Source: a virus
Virus record (IMG/VR): IMGVR_UViG_3300027852_000031
Span: 102,380 to 166,379 of that record
Reading direction: 5' to 3' (one strand)
DNA: 64,000 nucleotides
Positions 48,099 through 58,772 of the stretch are shown piece by piece. Made by a program: the position numbers and the translations under genes. A model generated the notes under the pieces. The model did not search any database and was not told where the DNA came from. It saw nothing but the letters and a program-made list of their open reading frames with translations. Every line of letters begins with the position of its first letter. Within the stretch, counting starts at the first letter, position 1.

Positions 48099-48311
48099 TT
48101 AATTTATTACTCCAATACCGGCTATCTCATCAATGTCTATAAATTCATTTTTTTCTGGTTCAAAATATATATCAAGTGTCGTTAAAAGTTCTTCTTGTGT
48201 TGGATGCGTTTTTGACCACACCAACCATTGCGTGTAGCCATATGTATGACCGTGATAAACAGCAAAAAGTTTATGCTCATTACTGGGCGGTGTTGTGTTG
48301 TGCACAGACAT
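48099..48311 (-). CDS. Hypothetical protein
   Basis: Start MSVHNT with GGAG RBS. Confidence 0.55.
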   Translation of the reverse strand: MSVHNTTPPSNEHKLFAVYHGHTYGYTQWLVWSKTHPTQEELLTTLDIYFEPEKNEFIDIDEIAGIGVIN

Positions 48312-48404
48312 TATCAGTTTCTCCGTAGGTATAAGTAATAAGTTGGGTGGTAAGGATCGGTAGCCATCAAGTTGTCCTATGCCCACCCCACGGATGGCAC
48401 GTGA

Positions 48405-48671
48405 CTATAAAATCCAACCGCAGATAATAAGCACACCATCTTTGATATTAATTGGCTGATCACATGGGCATAGCATTGATTCACCGTATTGTTCAAGATA
48501 TTCGTTAAGATAACGTAGATTGTCGTTGATATGGTCTGGTGTATTTGTTCAATTAATGTAATAACCTTGGCATTCAATCACCTTACCGAACTGCTCAGGT
48601 GTCAAGTCTGTTAGGCGATACGTGCGAGTTACATCTGGGATAAGTTCCCATACGACATAAATATCTTTCAT
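48405..48671 (-). pseudogene. Small ORF interrupted by in-frame TGA
   Basis: MKDIYVVWELIPD...GYYIN*TNTPD...IICGWIL; TGA at 48549-48551. Confidence 0.55.
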
Positions 48672-48846
48672 TTTTCACCTTTCACTATATTTATGTTATC
48701 AATTTGACAACCACATCGAAACTGATCCGTCCATTTATTCTTACACACCCACACCATACATACATTCCCGGACTGTATAAGTTCTGGATGTTTCGGACAT
48801 CTGCCCATAATTTATTCCTTTATACAGCACGACACAAATGTAGGAG

Positions 48847-49332
48847 CTAGACTATCACTTTCAGTGGTGGGTCTGGACGTGAATATTCCAACTCACTATC
48901 TAGGAGTTCATCTTCAAAGGTGTGGCCAATAAAACCATCTTTAAACATTACCGAATAGACGATAGGATGTCCGCATTCAAATCTTTCTGCCAGGGATGGA
49001 ATATCCCATCCATCGTTACTTGCGAATCCAACCACAGTAACTATTTTGTGCGATCGATACCATAATTCTGCGTCTTGCGAATTGTGAGATTCAAGGCAGT
49101 GATATTCAAAATAAAGTTTCTGTCCTATCTTTCGGATAGATTCGATATTGTTAGATGGAATTTGGAATCGTCGCAACAATTCCGGAGAACTTTCAATCAA
49201 TTTTCTGACCGTGCGAGGTATATGGTATAGATGTTCTGCTAGTCGTGTATCCCCACCGTACTTATTCACTATTGAGTTCAGCTTCCTCAATAGAACCGTA
49301 GAGTTCTCGCCCATATTAGGCTCCCAAGACAA
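48847..49332 (-). CDS. Hypothetical protein
   Basis: 161-aa ORF. Confidence 0.55.
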   Translation of the reverse strand: MSWEPNMGENSTVLLRKLNSIVNKYGGDTRLAEHLYHIPRTVRKLIESSPELLRRFQIPSNNIESIRKIGQKLYFEYHCLESHNSQDAELWYRSHKIVTVVGFASNDGWDIPSLAERFECGHPIVYSVMFKDGFIGHTFEDELLDSELEYSRPDPPLKVIV

Positions 49333-49459
49333 TAGTATTAACGTGTCATGCGCTCCAAACCACTACAATAGACAGATAAATCAGAAACCACAAAAAGAAC
49401 GAAATTGGTATCCCGATCATTATGCCGATAAACACATTTTTGGGTTCCATATTATATCC

Positions 49460-50077
49460 TTATGACACCATGAGTTTTAGGCCTACTACCGTAGTCATGC
49501 GCCAATTACGCAAATAATATAATGACTGTTGTGTGGTTGGTTCTGGTACCTTTTGTAAATCGAAATATTGACGAATTACATCAACCATTCTAGAGATGGT
49601 ATCTAACATATTTATTCCGAGATAGTCTGGAGATACACAGAAAGCTGCGGCTTTAATATCATTGGTTATACTGTTCAATCGTGGCGTTCTTCGTCGAGAG
49701 AAGGTTATATTGTGTTTGTCAAACCATTCTTCAGCCAGATTCCAATCCAGATCTTCAGAGACGTTGTTGCCTACCCAAATGTATTTTTGGTACCACGATT
49801 GTGGTATGTGATACCCCCAATTGCCACAGTTTACATCTCGACCCGTTCCGTTATAGTAATCATGATGTTCGTCGATATTCACTATATCGAATGGTTTAGG
49901 CAACAATCCATCTTTTACCCATTCTCGCAAATCTGGCAGAAAATGATGATGTTGTATATGACATACTGCTGGTATATTTGGTGGTATTTGCTTCAAAAGA
50001 TTTTGAAGTTTTTTAACAGGATTTTTTGACGTATTAAACCAGTCAAGGTCTACGCTAAGGAGTGTCGGTGTTCCCAT
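49460..50077 (-). CDS. Arginase/deacetylase-fold (UPF0489-like) protein
   Basis: SVDLDWF, HH, NIDEHHD, NCGNW, SPDY. Confidence 0.65.
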   Translation of the reverse strand: MGTPTLLSVDLDWFNTSKNPVKKLQNLLKQIPPNIPAVCHIQHHHFLPDLREWVKDGLLPKPFDIVNIDEHHDYYNGTGRDVNCGNWGYHIPQSWYQKYIWVGNNVSEDLDWNLAEEWFDKHNITFSRRRTPRLNSITNDIKAAAFCVSPDYLGINMLDTISRMVDVIRQYFDLQKVPEPTTQQSLYYLRNWRMTTVVGLKLMVS

Positions 50078-50547
50078 TAATTAGATTCCTGTGCAATTGT
50101 GTGAATCTGATGTTCAAGAACAAGCATGGGGATACTATCATCTATCTTGTCGTAGCCATCTTTGTGAACAATCTTATCTTCTGATTCTTGATATAAGATG
50201 ATACCAACGCACCTACTGTGTGGGTATCGTCTAGTCATCTCGTGAGTTATATGATGTATAGTGTCGCCAGAAGATATTAAGTCGTCAATTATTACATATC
50301 TATTAACCATGAAGGTGTACGGTCCACCGAGTTCAAGAGTTGAAAAAGAATGTGACTGGTCGCTGGTTTTTCGGATTATACCGCATGGTATTCCAGACCT
50401 GGTCGATACAGGCACTAAGGCTAGCGATCCGCTTAGTCCGCATCCAACTAGGAAATCTGGTCTATCGATTCTCGGATTCTTCAATGCATGACATATACAT
50501 TCAATGGTAGCGGTTGGAAATTCGAAGATATTGCTGAAATAGCACAT
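50077..50547 (-). CDS. Type I phosphoribosyltransferase
   Basis: IIRK...H loop; VIIDDLISSGDT PRPP motif. Confidence 0.8.
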   Translation of the reverse strand: MCYFSNIFEFPTATIECICHALKNPRIDRPDFLVGCGLSGSLALVPVSTRSGIPCGIIRKTSDQSHSFSTLELGGPYTFMVNRYVIIDDLISSGDTIHHITHEMTRRYPHSRCVGIILYQESEDKIVHKDGYDKIDDSIPMLVLEHQIHTIAQESN

Positions 50548-50583
50548 CGTGCAAACTCCATATAATTATATTCGTGATATACA

Positions 50584-50655
50584 TGGGGACGGAGGGGATC
50601 GAACCCTCGACCGATCGGTTAAAAGCCGATTGCTCTACCGCTGAGCTACATCCCC
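50584..50655 (-). tRNA. tRNA-Lys(UUU)
   Basis: Full cloverleaf; loop CTTTTAA; TTCGATC T-loop; no encoded CCA. Confidence 0.93.
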
Positions 50656-50657
50656 AT

Positions 50658-51254
50658 TTAAAAATCGAGACACTCCAATTCGTCGATACAGGTGAATTGC
50701 GTGTCGTCTATGATTTTTGTCCACGACTTGTGGAAATGCCCAAATACCCATCGAGTTGGTTGATGCGCAGCGAACATTTGTCCCAAGACTTGATTCGTTC
50801 TAGACGGGATGATCCGCATGGATTCTGTGACATGCGGGATCACGTGTTGCGGACAATCGTGTGATACTACAAAGTTAGGTCTGACTCTTCGGTATTCAGC
50901 CAGAGCTGCATAACATTCAGCCATACTTAGTTCTTCCGCCTTCCACCAGCTTATTCCTTCTATGCGCATGTGGCGATCGATACTGAGTCCACCACGGACG
51001 AAGAAGATGTCCCCAAATCCCTCTACGGTATGGGTGCCATAGTTGCCGAGGAAATGGGGCCACTTTTCTACTTCGTCGTAGTTGTCATGGTTACCAGCTA
51101 ATATTCTGTGTCGTCTAGCGTCGATTGTTGAAAGAGTCGTGTATTCGAAACCAAAGTCGCCAATCTGAACGGTGGAGTGTGACTTTCGCAATAAACGATG
51201 GTAGTGTCTGTAATGTCCGTGGACATCTCCAATTATGCGAAAGTTTGCTTGCAT
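50658..51254 (-). CDS. Calcineurin-like metallophosphoesterase
   Basis: GDVHG, GDFG, GNHD, SHD, GHFH. Confidence 0.88.
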   Translation of the reverse strand: MQANFRIIGDVHGHYRHYHRLLRKSHSTVQIGDFGFEYTTLSTIDARRHRILAGNHDNYDEVEKWPHFLGNYGTHTVEGFGDIFFVRGGLSIDRHMRIEGISWWKAEELSMAECYAALAEYRRVRPNFVVSHDCPQHVIPHVTESMRIIPSRTNQVLGQMFAAHQPTRWVFGHFHKSWTKIIDDTQFTCIDELECLDF

Positions 51255-51256
51255 GA

Positions 51257-51511
51257 TTATCCCCCGATAAACAACATGATGATGAATGTAATGAATGCTG
51301 CTGGGATACATGTCTGCCCCATACCCGGAACAAGCCCCATTAGTCCACCCATCCACCACTCAATCACCGGTTGCTTGTCTGTGTAAATAAGCCACGTATT
51401 AATCGTGTACGGCCACAACACTGCTCCTAAAACGAAAGTGATACTACAAATTAGAATTAGGATTACACCAAAGCTTCCAGCAACTATTCCAAATTCATTC
51501 AAATTTTTCAT
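51257..51511 (-). CDS. Small membrane protein
   Basis: Hydrophobic segments. Confidence 0.55.
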   Translation of the reverse strand: MKNLNEFGIVAGSFGVILILICSITFVLGAVLWPYTINTWLIYTDKQPVIEWWMGGLMGLVPGMGQTCIPAAFITFIIMLFIGG

Positions 51512-52183
51512 TTCTAATCCTTTCTATTTAACGTTTGCCACAGCTGGGAACCCGCTTTTTATGATGGTGACCATTTTCGTGGTTGACTCCACGAATCCTT
51601 AGTCCACACGAAGTACACGTATCGCCTATTCGGACTTTCGCCCCGTCTACAGTGACTGTTTGCCCATATCCGACACTATTGCACGACTGACGATTGACAG
51701 CAACTTCTAGATCGATTCCACGATCAGACATGACAGTGTGTTTTACGTTTCTCTCTTTGTTTGACATATTATCCTCTTTTAAAAATTTTCAATAGATTCT
51801 CCAGTTAGCTTTCGGCTGGTGTCCCACGTCAACGTTCCAGTCGGTGTTTCTGCCACCAGTGTCGTTATGTTTTCGTCCTTAAGAGCTTTACCAATAATAA
51901 ATGCCGCCTCGTGAGAACTTGTGCAATTAATAACACCAGTTCCATTTTCTCGCACAAATTGATTCGCATTAAAATTTGTGCTCAAGGCGTGCCATATGCG
52001 GATTATATACATTTGTATTCTATCCTATTGATTGCTTAGATTTTCGATAATATCTGTTATTTAATATCCACCGCTTACAATCCTATGCGTTTTAGCAGCA
52101 ATGCTATTGTAGTCGACATATACATCAAGACAATTTGCATGACAGATAATATTTTGGTGGCTATCGTGTTGAAAAATCCAATA

Positions 52184-52267
52184 TGGCCAAGCTGGGACTC
52201 GAACCCAAACACCCTTTCGGATAACGGTTCTTGAAACCGTCGCGTCTGCCAATTCCGCCACAAGGCC
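52184..52267 (-). tRNA. tRNA-Leu(CAA)
   Basis: Class II fold; loop TTCAAGA; long variable arm; two U-U mismatches in acceptor stem. Confidence 0.85.
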
Positions 52268-53002
52268 ATCGCCAGAGTTTGACATCGGGACTTGCGTTCT
52301 ACCGGGTTGTCCTTATCTGGCTAATATATTATTTGTTCAAATTTAATTTTTCTAGTTTGACACGTAAAGCATTGCCGATATCGCGTGAAGTCAGAAGCCA
52401 GTCAGCCAAAATTTAAAGATCAAAATGATTAGACCGCCAACAAATAACCACTGTCCTAACTCCTTGTCTACACACATCAGTATCAAACCCATAGCGGCTA
52501 TTACTAGCGGGCCAAAAAATACCAATGCTCCAATGATTTTATCTTTCATTCTTATCCATCTTCAATGTATTATTTAATCGCAATCACATTCGTCACATGG
52601 CTGTTTACACGTGCCAGCACCATCAAACCCACCGCAGTGACAATTGCATAGGCATGTAGCATATCCACCGGCGGTCTCCAGACCAGCTTTCTCTAGTTGA
52701 CGCCTTGTCATATCCAACGCTTCTTCCTCATTGGTCGCTTCCACTTCTCCGTAGGTCGGCGTAAACTTCCATATACTATTTTGGTGTCTTGCCATATAGC
52801 ATGTTCTATATCTCATGTTATGTACTCGTTACAGCTAAAGATTTTTATTTCCTAATTTTCTAATTCAATCTCTTCCCAATCCAATTCCCAATTATCGCCA
52901 CAATACTCCATCGCCCTTTCTTCCGTACTAAATGCTCTGAACGGAATTGAATACCCGTCATATCCCAAGTCTTCATAAATAACATATATCTTCATTACAT
53001 TA

Positions 53003-53524
53003 TCATCCGACAGAATAACTTTGGGTTGGTAATTCGATTTTCGTATTACTGCCACCTATGGATTCATACCCACTTTCGCTTGGTTCATCTGTGTCTTCCT
53101 CATATTGTCCGTTACACGCATCTCCTACTACGATTATTCGCGTATCGGGTAGGAGTTGAGATAGTCCCAAAACTGTATCGCACACACATGCCCCTTTATT
53201 CACTCCGACAACCCGAATTGTAGATTTATGTTCTCTCCAGTATTTGATAGCGTGGGAAACCTCTCTGCTTCCATCGTCTTGTTCTTTATGAACAACCAAT
53301 GCCACTGCGTGTTCTTCGCCGACGACAAGGTCTGTAAGCGCACGGTGGGTTTGTTGGTTTATAGCGACCCCGCCGCAACCAACTCCCCATGTGTATTCTA
53401 GAAATATAATACCATCCCCATTGTCTATAGCTCGACGGATTTCTCTTGATACATTTTCTATCAACCAAGAACGACACGATGTCTTAAATTGAGGTTGCAT
53501 GTCGATAACGAGAAGAATAGACAT
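53003..53524 (-). CDS. Isochorismatase/nicotinamidase-family hydrolase
   Basis: LLVIDMQ, K, GVNKGACV. Confidence 0.8.
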   Translation of the reverse strand: MSILLVIDMQPQFKTSCRSWLIENVSREIRRAIDNGDGIIFLEYTWGVGCGGVAINQQTHRALTDLVVGEEHAVALVVHKEQDDGSREVSHAIKYWREHKSTIRVVGVNKGACVCDTVLGLSQLLPDTRIIVVGDACNGQYEEDTDEPSESGYESIGGSNTKIELPTQSYSVG

Positions 53525-53595
53525 CTTTATCTCCGTTTTAAAAAATAACCATTCTAGGTGCGAGAAATTTTATGCCACTATTGTTCAGTTGTCAA

Positions 53596-53669
53596 TACGC
53601 CCAGTGGGACTCGAACCCCCAACCTACAGTTTAGAAGACTGTTGCTCTATCCAATTGAGCTATGGGCGC
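53596..53669 (-). tRNA. tRNA-Arg(UCU)
   Basis: Cloverleaf; loop CTTCTAA. Confidence 0.92.
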
Positions 53670-53705
53670 CGTTGGATATGGTATTTTAAAAACACAAGTT
53701 CCACA

Positions 53706-53787
53706 TGGCCTAGGAGGGACTCGAACCCTCACTTCCTAGGAAACGTGATCTTAAATCACGCGCGTCTGCCAATTCCGCCACCAGGCC
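53706..53787 (-). tRNA. tRNA-Leu(UAA)
   Basis: Class II fold; loop TTTAAGA. Confidence 0.92.
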
Positions 53788-54289
53788 AGATGTCCAATAG
53801 TGTCATGCGCAACTAATCAGCATATATGCGAATTCAACCAATGAACTAATCGGTCCCCGCCATGTGTCATAGATATTAATGCCATGCTGTGACACATTCT
53901 TACCAAAACAAATTGCCTCTTCGTGTGAAGACAATGGCTCGCTAAGTAAGCTATCTTGCTTTGGTTTGTTATCGTCCGTGACAACAACCTGCGATCCCAT
54001 CATATCGGTAATAGCACGAACCCTGAGTCCGTCTGGAGAGAATCCGCACTCTGTCATTTCACATTTATCGGTGCTCATTTCAATCTCTCCCCAAATAGGT
54101 TATAGACATTTTCCAGTCGTTTAATGTACGATACAATCTCATTTTTTACAGTGAATCGGAAAATATCGTTAGGGAGTGGCTCGACACAAAAAGGAGTTGG
54201 GTGTTCTATCAAGCCACCTGCTAAAACAATAGAGCAGCGTCGTCCAGTCACCAATACATGAGCGCATCCTAACATATATTTCCTTTCCA

Positions 54290-54745
54290 TCATTTTGATA
54301 TACGCCGGAATGCCTCTAGTTGTAATCTGTACACCAAACGATTTGGCAGATATTTTTCAAAGTAAACTAGATCATCCATGCCGAAATGCCTTGCAGTGGC
54401 CGCTGCCATACCGACGCTTCTGCTTATTCCCATTTCGCATTGGAACACCACGGTCGGATTCAAAAATTGCTCCATGCATGAATAGACACATAGGGCTACG
54501 GCGTATGCTTGGTAAGGGGAGAAAGGTTTGATGTTTGTGTCATTCGAACAAAAACATGTTGATAATCGGCTTAATTCTACGTCATGGAAATCCAAATTGA
54601 TTATTTTAACACAATTAATTGGTCTTTCGACAGGTTCTCCGTCTGGATCATGTATTGATATTAGCTCAAATTTACCGCCTATCGGTTGGTCGAGTAATGA
54701 TTGCCGAGATTTGACGATAATGTTAGGATAATTTTTGTCTAACAT
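54290..54745 (-). CDS. Cys-based (PTP/dual-specificity-like) phosphatase
   Basis: ISIHD, FHD, CEMGISRS, PNRLVY. Confidence 0.75.
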   Translation of the reverse strand: MLDKNYPNIIVKSRQSLLDQPIGGKFELISIHDPDGEPVERPINCVKIINLDFHDVELSRLSTCFCSNDTNIKPFSPYQAYAVALCVYSCMEQFLNPTVVFQCEMGISRSVGMAAATARHFGMDDLVYFEKYLPNRLVYRLQLEAFRRISK

Positions 54746-54919
54746 ATTATACCTTTTATTTTGTTTTTTGCTTTTTTGATATTCCTTTTTGGAACCCTAA
54801 ACCAAATCCCAGTAGGCCACATATTATTCCCATAAGCAATATAGGAAGGAAAGTTACGACATCTACTATGATTTTTGGTACGATAGTTGAGTGGATCATA
54901 CATGTTCTATCCTATTCAA

Positions 54920-54994
54920 TAGGCCGTGTCGGATTTGAACCGACGGTCTCCAACTTATAAGGATGGCGCTTTAACCAGGCTAAGCTAACGGCCC
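54920..54994 (-). tRNA. tRNA-Ile(UAU)
   Basis: Cloverleaf; loop CTTATAA; TTCAAAT T-loop; A73. Confidence 0.88.
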
Positions 54995-55328
54995 AACGTA
55001 GTATCGATGACATACCGACTGACCATCACTTCAATTGATTCGCGTAGAACATTAGTTCGAACAGTGCGATACCCGACACGGTGCTCCACACAAAAGATCC
55101 AATCGTCAAATAGCCGACGCTTCCCATCCCCACATCATCACGCGCGCTATGATAACATATTACAACACCAATTACCCAGTTAACTATTACGACTAACCAT
55201 ATTGCTAACATACCCATAGTTCTTTCTACCTTTATGTTAGAGAAAGCAACAAGACAAGAGTAATGGTTCCACCGTCCAGTCAACGGCTGCCACCAACAGA
55301 CTGGCTTCTCTTGCCCTGCTGCTTTTGT

Positions 55329-55423
55329 GTGATAACGATACAAGAAATCCCAGACAACAACATCAAGCCGTCTTAATTACAGACTTGGTCTGATGCGCCA
55401 GGGATTCTTTGTGTTGTTATCGC
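55329..55423. other. Long imperfect inverted repeat / rod-like hairpin
   Basis: 23-nt outer arms pair at 22/23 positions (4 G-U on + strand); inner CATCA/TGATG and GTCT/AGAC stems. Confidence 0.6.
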
Positions 55424-55712
55424 TAATTAAAAATATCTCGCATAATTGCGTCGCGTTGATCGTTTAATCGCTGATCAATATCATCCGAAAGCTTTTTTGT
55501 CTTTCCCACACCGACAAGATTACAAAGTGGTCGATTAATACAGCAAGGGTTTTCACCAACCATAAACCACAAGTGGTTTGGTTTGTCATATTGTTTATCA
55601 CGATGCATGTTGTGGCATTCTACAACTACAAATTGTCTTCAAAAATACCAATGGCTTGCGTCGGTGACAATGGCCGTATCTCCAACCTGAATTTCTCGCA
55701 CTTGATTACCCA

Positions 55713-56249
55713 TCATGAAAGAATAGAAATATGTCGTTTGTGTCCGCGCCTAGCTCTGTTGTTTCTTGTCTTGGCGCGAGCCAACTTCTTCGCCGACGTT
55801 CTTTTTTCTTTTATTTCTGTATGATCCTGAGAAGCCAGTGCAATATCGACAGACGACACCAAACAGAATTTGCTGCCATCAATACGACGCGGACGGCGGG
55901 ACGCAATTGCTTTTGCAGATTTTGAACGTACAACAGTATGTCTATTGGCTTTGAATTGCCCGTCCATACCAATTTCGATACGAACATCGTCACGATGTCT
56001 GCGTCTAGTGGTGAACCCCATCCTGCCATCGCCGCACTTCTTGCGAATCCACTCGGGACCACTGAATTGTTTACCACCGTTTACTCTAACACAGAATTCG
56101 GCACGAGCCATTCCGTTTGTATTGGCCCAATCTCTTGCAGTTTCGTCCAAACGATTATATACGATTCCACGCACCAAACGGGTATCGCCTGGATTCGCGC
56201 TGTTGCAGCACTTACACGGTTGCGCCGTCATTGGTTCGCTCCATTTCAA
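55713..56249 (-). CDS. Basic hypothetical protein
   Basis: 178-aa Arg/Lys-rich ORF. Confidence 0.5.
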   Translation of the reverse strand: MKWSEPMTAQPCKCCNSANPGDTRLVRGIVYNRLDETARDWANTNGMARAEFCVRVNGGKQFSGPEWIRKKCGDGRMGFTTRRRHRDDVRIEIGMDGQFKANRHTVVRSKSAKAIASRRPRRIDGSKFCLVSSVDIALASQDHTEIKEKRTSAKKLARAKTRNNRARRGHKRHISILS

Positions 56250-56712
56250 CAGATAGTAATTTATGTACTCCTTGGACGTCTGATTGGTTCACCAGTGTAT
56301 GTTCTGTTAGTTGGTAAGGTGGAGAAACTAGATCTCTAATGATATCAACTTGGACATCCTTACTCAGTGAAAGGATACCACATACGGTTTTTTCAACACA
56401 CTGATCCCCATACACGCCACAAACTACCAGGTGCCGCGACCAACCGGGATGTTCCGACAAACAATATAATACTTTGTCGCCACCATCCATTTTCAACTTT
56501 TTGATAGTATCGACCATATCATATCCAGATACGCTTTCTAGGATTTTCCGTGTTGTTGGATCTCCACCGAATTCTACGAAGATGATACCCCATCTTTGTC
56601 TCGTGGCATATCTCAACAAACTACATATGCCTGGCACTAAGTCTTGACTCTCCGGTTTGGTCAAAAAATAATCCTGCATGTCAATAACCACGACGGTTTT
56701 TTTGGCCATCAC
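56212..56712 (-). CDS. Isochorismatase-family hydrolase (second copy)
   Basis: VVIDMQ, K, GVYGDQCV. Confidence 0.8.
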   Translation of the reverse strand: MMAKKTVVVIDMQDYFLTKPESQDLVPGICSLLRYATRQRWGIIFVEFGGDPTTRKILESVSGYDMVDTIKKLKMDGGDKVLYCLSEHPGWSRHLVVCGVYGDQCVEKTVCGILSLSKDVQVDIIRDLVSPPYQLTEHTLVNQSDVQGVHKLLSVEMERTNDGATV

Positions 56713-57256
56713 TTTTCCTCAAATAAAGGATGAGTATCATTCCAGAGGTGAGACCAGCTAGGTGTAGGATTTCGCTGCCACGACCACCGGTAACTATTTG
56801 ATATACATAAGCCAAAGCGGCTCCAATACTCACTACCCACAGAATTTTTATTCTGCGGCAACACATTGGTGATGCACCGACCAACCCAAGGATACATCCA
56901 GAAGCACCAAGACAGATAGATGACGAGTCGGTATATCCTATTATTGACAGGAGTACGAAAATTGTATTAGAGATTATTCCCGATATAGTGTAGAGAACAA
57001 CGAACTTCTTGTAACCTATTCTTTGTTGCACGACGGTTCCGAACACCAGCAATGTCACCATATTACATGACAAATGATTCAGGTCGATATGGATGAATGT
57101 TGCTGTCCATACCTGCCAAATATGGCCATTAAGCACATCATACGGTATCATTGTCAGAGGAGAAGTTTTGTCGTACCCAATTGCAAAAATGTAGACATTG
57201 ATGGCAGCAATAAACATAACAACAAATATCGTTTGGCGGTCACAATTTTGGGTCAT
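56681..57256 (-). CDS. Rhomboid intramembrane serine protease
   Basis: FIH..NHL..NM, GASG, HLAG, multiple TM helices. Confidence 0.88.
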   Translation of the reverse strand: MTQNCDRQTIFVVMFIAAINVYIFAIGYDKTSPLTMIPYDVLNGHIWQVWTATFIHIDLNHLSCNMVTLLVFGTVVQQRIGYKKFVVLYTISGIISNTIFVLLSIIGYTDSSSICLGASGCILGLVGASPMCCRRIKILWVVSIGAALAYVYQIVTGGRGSEILHLAGLTSGMILILYLRKSDGQKNRRGY

Positions 57257-57513
57257 GTTTATCGTCTAACTTTCATTTTCTTTTCGTGTCTGATGGATAT
57301 ACTCAACGTTTCTTCTTCTTTTTCTTCTTCGTATCATTATCTGGTGACAAACTCTCATCGTGTGGGGCGACGTAATTGTGCACTGTGTAGCACTCACCGC
57401 ACCTAACTTTTCCTGTCTTTCTGTCTGTGTGATTATCACAGCATTTCCCGTTGCATTCCAATCTATGTCCACCGGCACAGGCGCAAAAGTTCTTCATGGT
57501 TTTTTCCGTTGTG

Positions 57514-57720
57514 TTATTTATTAAGAATATCCAAGGTACCGATTACCCTGTCTCGGGCGTTGGGAAACATTTCCTCGTATGCTGGGTCTACTTCTCCCAG
57601 TTCATATACGTTACCACTGTATGTTACGACAGTATCATCACTGTTTTTGCCAACTATTCTAGATGTGGTGACGGGATGACCATCAGCGAATCTTGGATGA
57701 CCAAAAACATTACCGTGCAA
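57514..57720 (-). CDS. Small conserved phage protein
   Basis: GHPRFADG..VTTS.IV...T..GNVYELG. Confidence 0.55.
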   Translation of the reverse strand: MHGNVFGHPRFADGHPVTTSRIVGKNSDDTVVTYSGNVYELGEVDPAYEEMFPNARDRVIGTLDILNK

Positions 57721-58772
57721 CTATAAGGAGATCATTTCAGGAGGAGTGTATGGGTCTAAACATGTTTCGACTATTGACCAATTTTCAATTATCATCTAGA
57801 TTACCTTTTTTCTGTGGATTATGGATACTCTTAACAGCTTCTACAACGCCAATTGTTATAAGTGAACCTATCCACATCACGAACTGTATAAACCGACCTA
57901 TCCTGGTTGCATACAACATGAACGAAATAATAATCCCACCCAATGCAATTATATTGATGCGATATGCTTCGACTACACGATCGCGTTGTTTCTTATTCAT
58001 GGTTATCTCCACGATTTCACATAGGCCACTTACCTAACTGGAGTTTTGCCTCTAGGTCAAAGATTTCTCCGGATGCGATTAGCCATAACCATTCAGATAT
58101 AAGCGACGATGAAGATAAAAGGCGTGCCAATGAGTTCCATGTGCTGAATGTGCGACTACCAAGATGTGATCCAGTATTACCAAATGCTTCCAATATATAC
58201 TCCTGTGTGTCCGGCGCATAAACGATTCGAATGCAATTTTTCATATCACTATCCATTGTTCGTATTCTCCTATTCGAATCCCATACGAGCCACCATATCA
58301 GCGCAGGACGAACAATATTCGTTGTCATGTCCTTGAATGATATGAATTTCTCCGAGTACTGGAAAACCACACAACCCGCATGGCATTATCAACTCCGGTC
58401 CAAGACCCATTCGTCTACAACATTTTCCGCAGTAAATACCAACCGAGTCTATCATACAATAATCATCCATTGGGCCTGTCTGACCGTTGCAGAAACTACA
58501 ATTATCTGCCATATCGGAATGTGTCTGACCCATTTCACCCAACCTCCCCAAAAGATACGCTAATCTTGTTCCCACTGTTTTCTGTCGTGTATTTCATGAC
58601 AGAGAGAGTAAAAGTATGACTTATGAATCCAATGCTGATAAGATGATGAAGTTGGTCAAGAACCTCGTCAATAGTGTCTCGGGTGTAGTTGGTATGAACC
58701 GAATCATCCACTACGGTGGCTCTATAGCTCATCGGATATAGACTCCTATCCTATTGCAAAACTTTTTTTTGG

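Noticed and set aside
52184-52267. Reading the tRNA anticodon as UCA (opal suppressor/Sec)
   Set aside because: Stem register ACGGT/ACCGT puts CAA at 34-36, and the D-loop and variable arm are Leu-type
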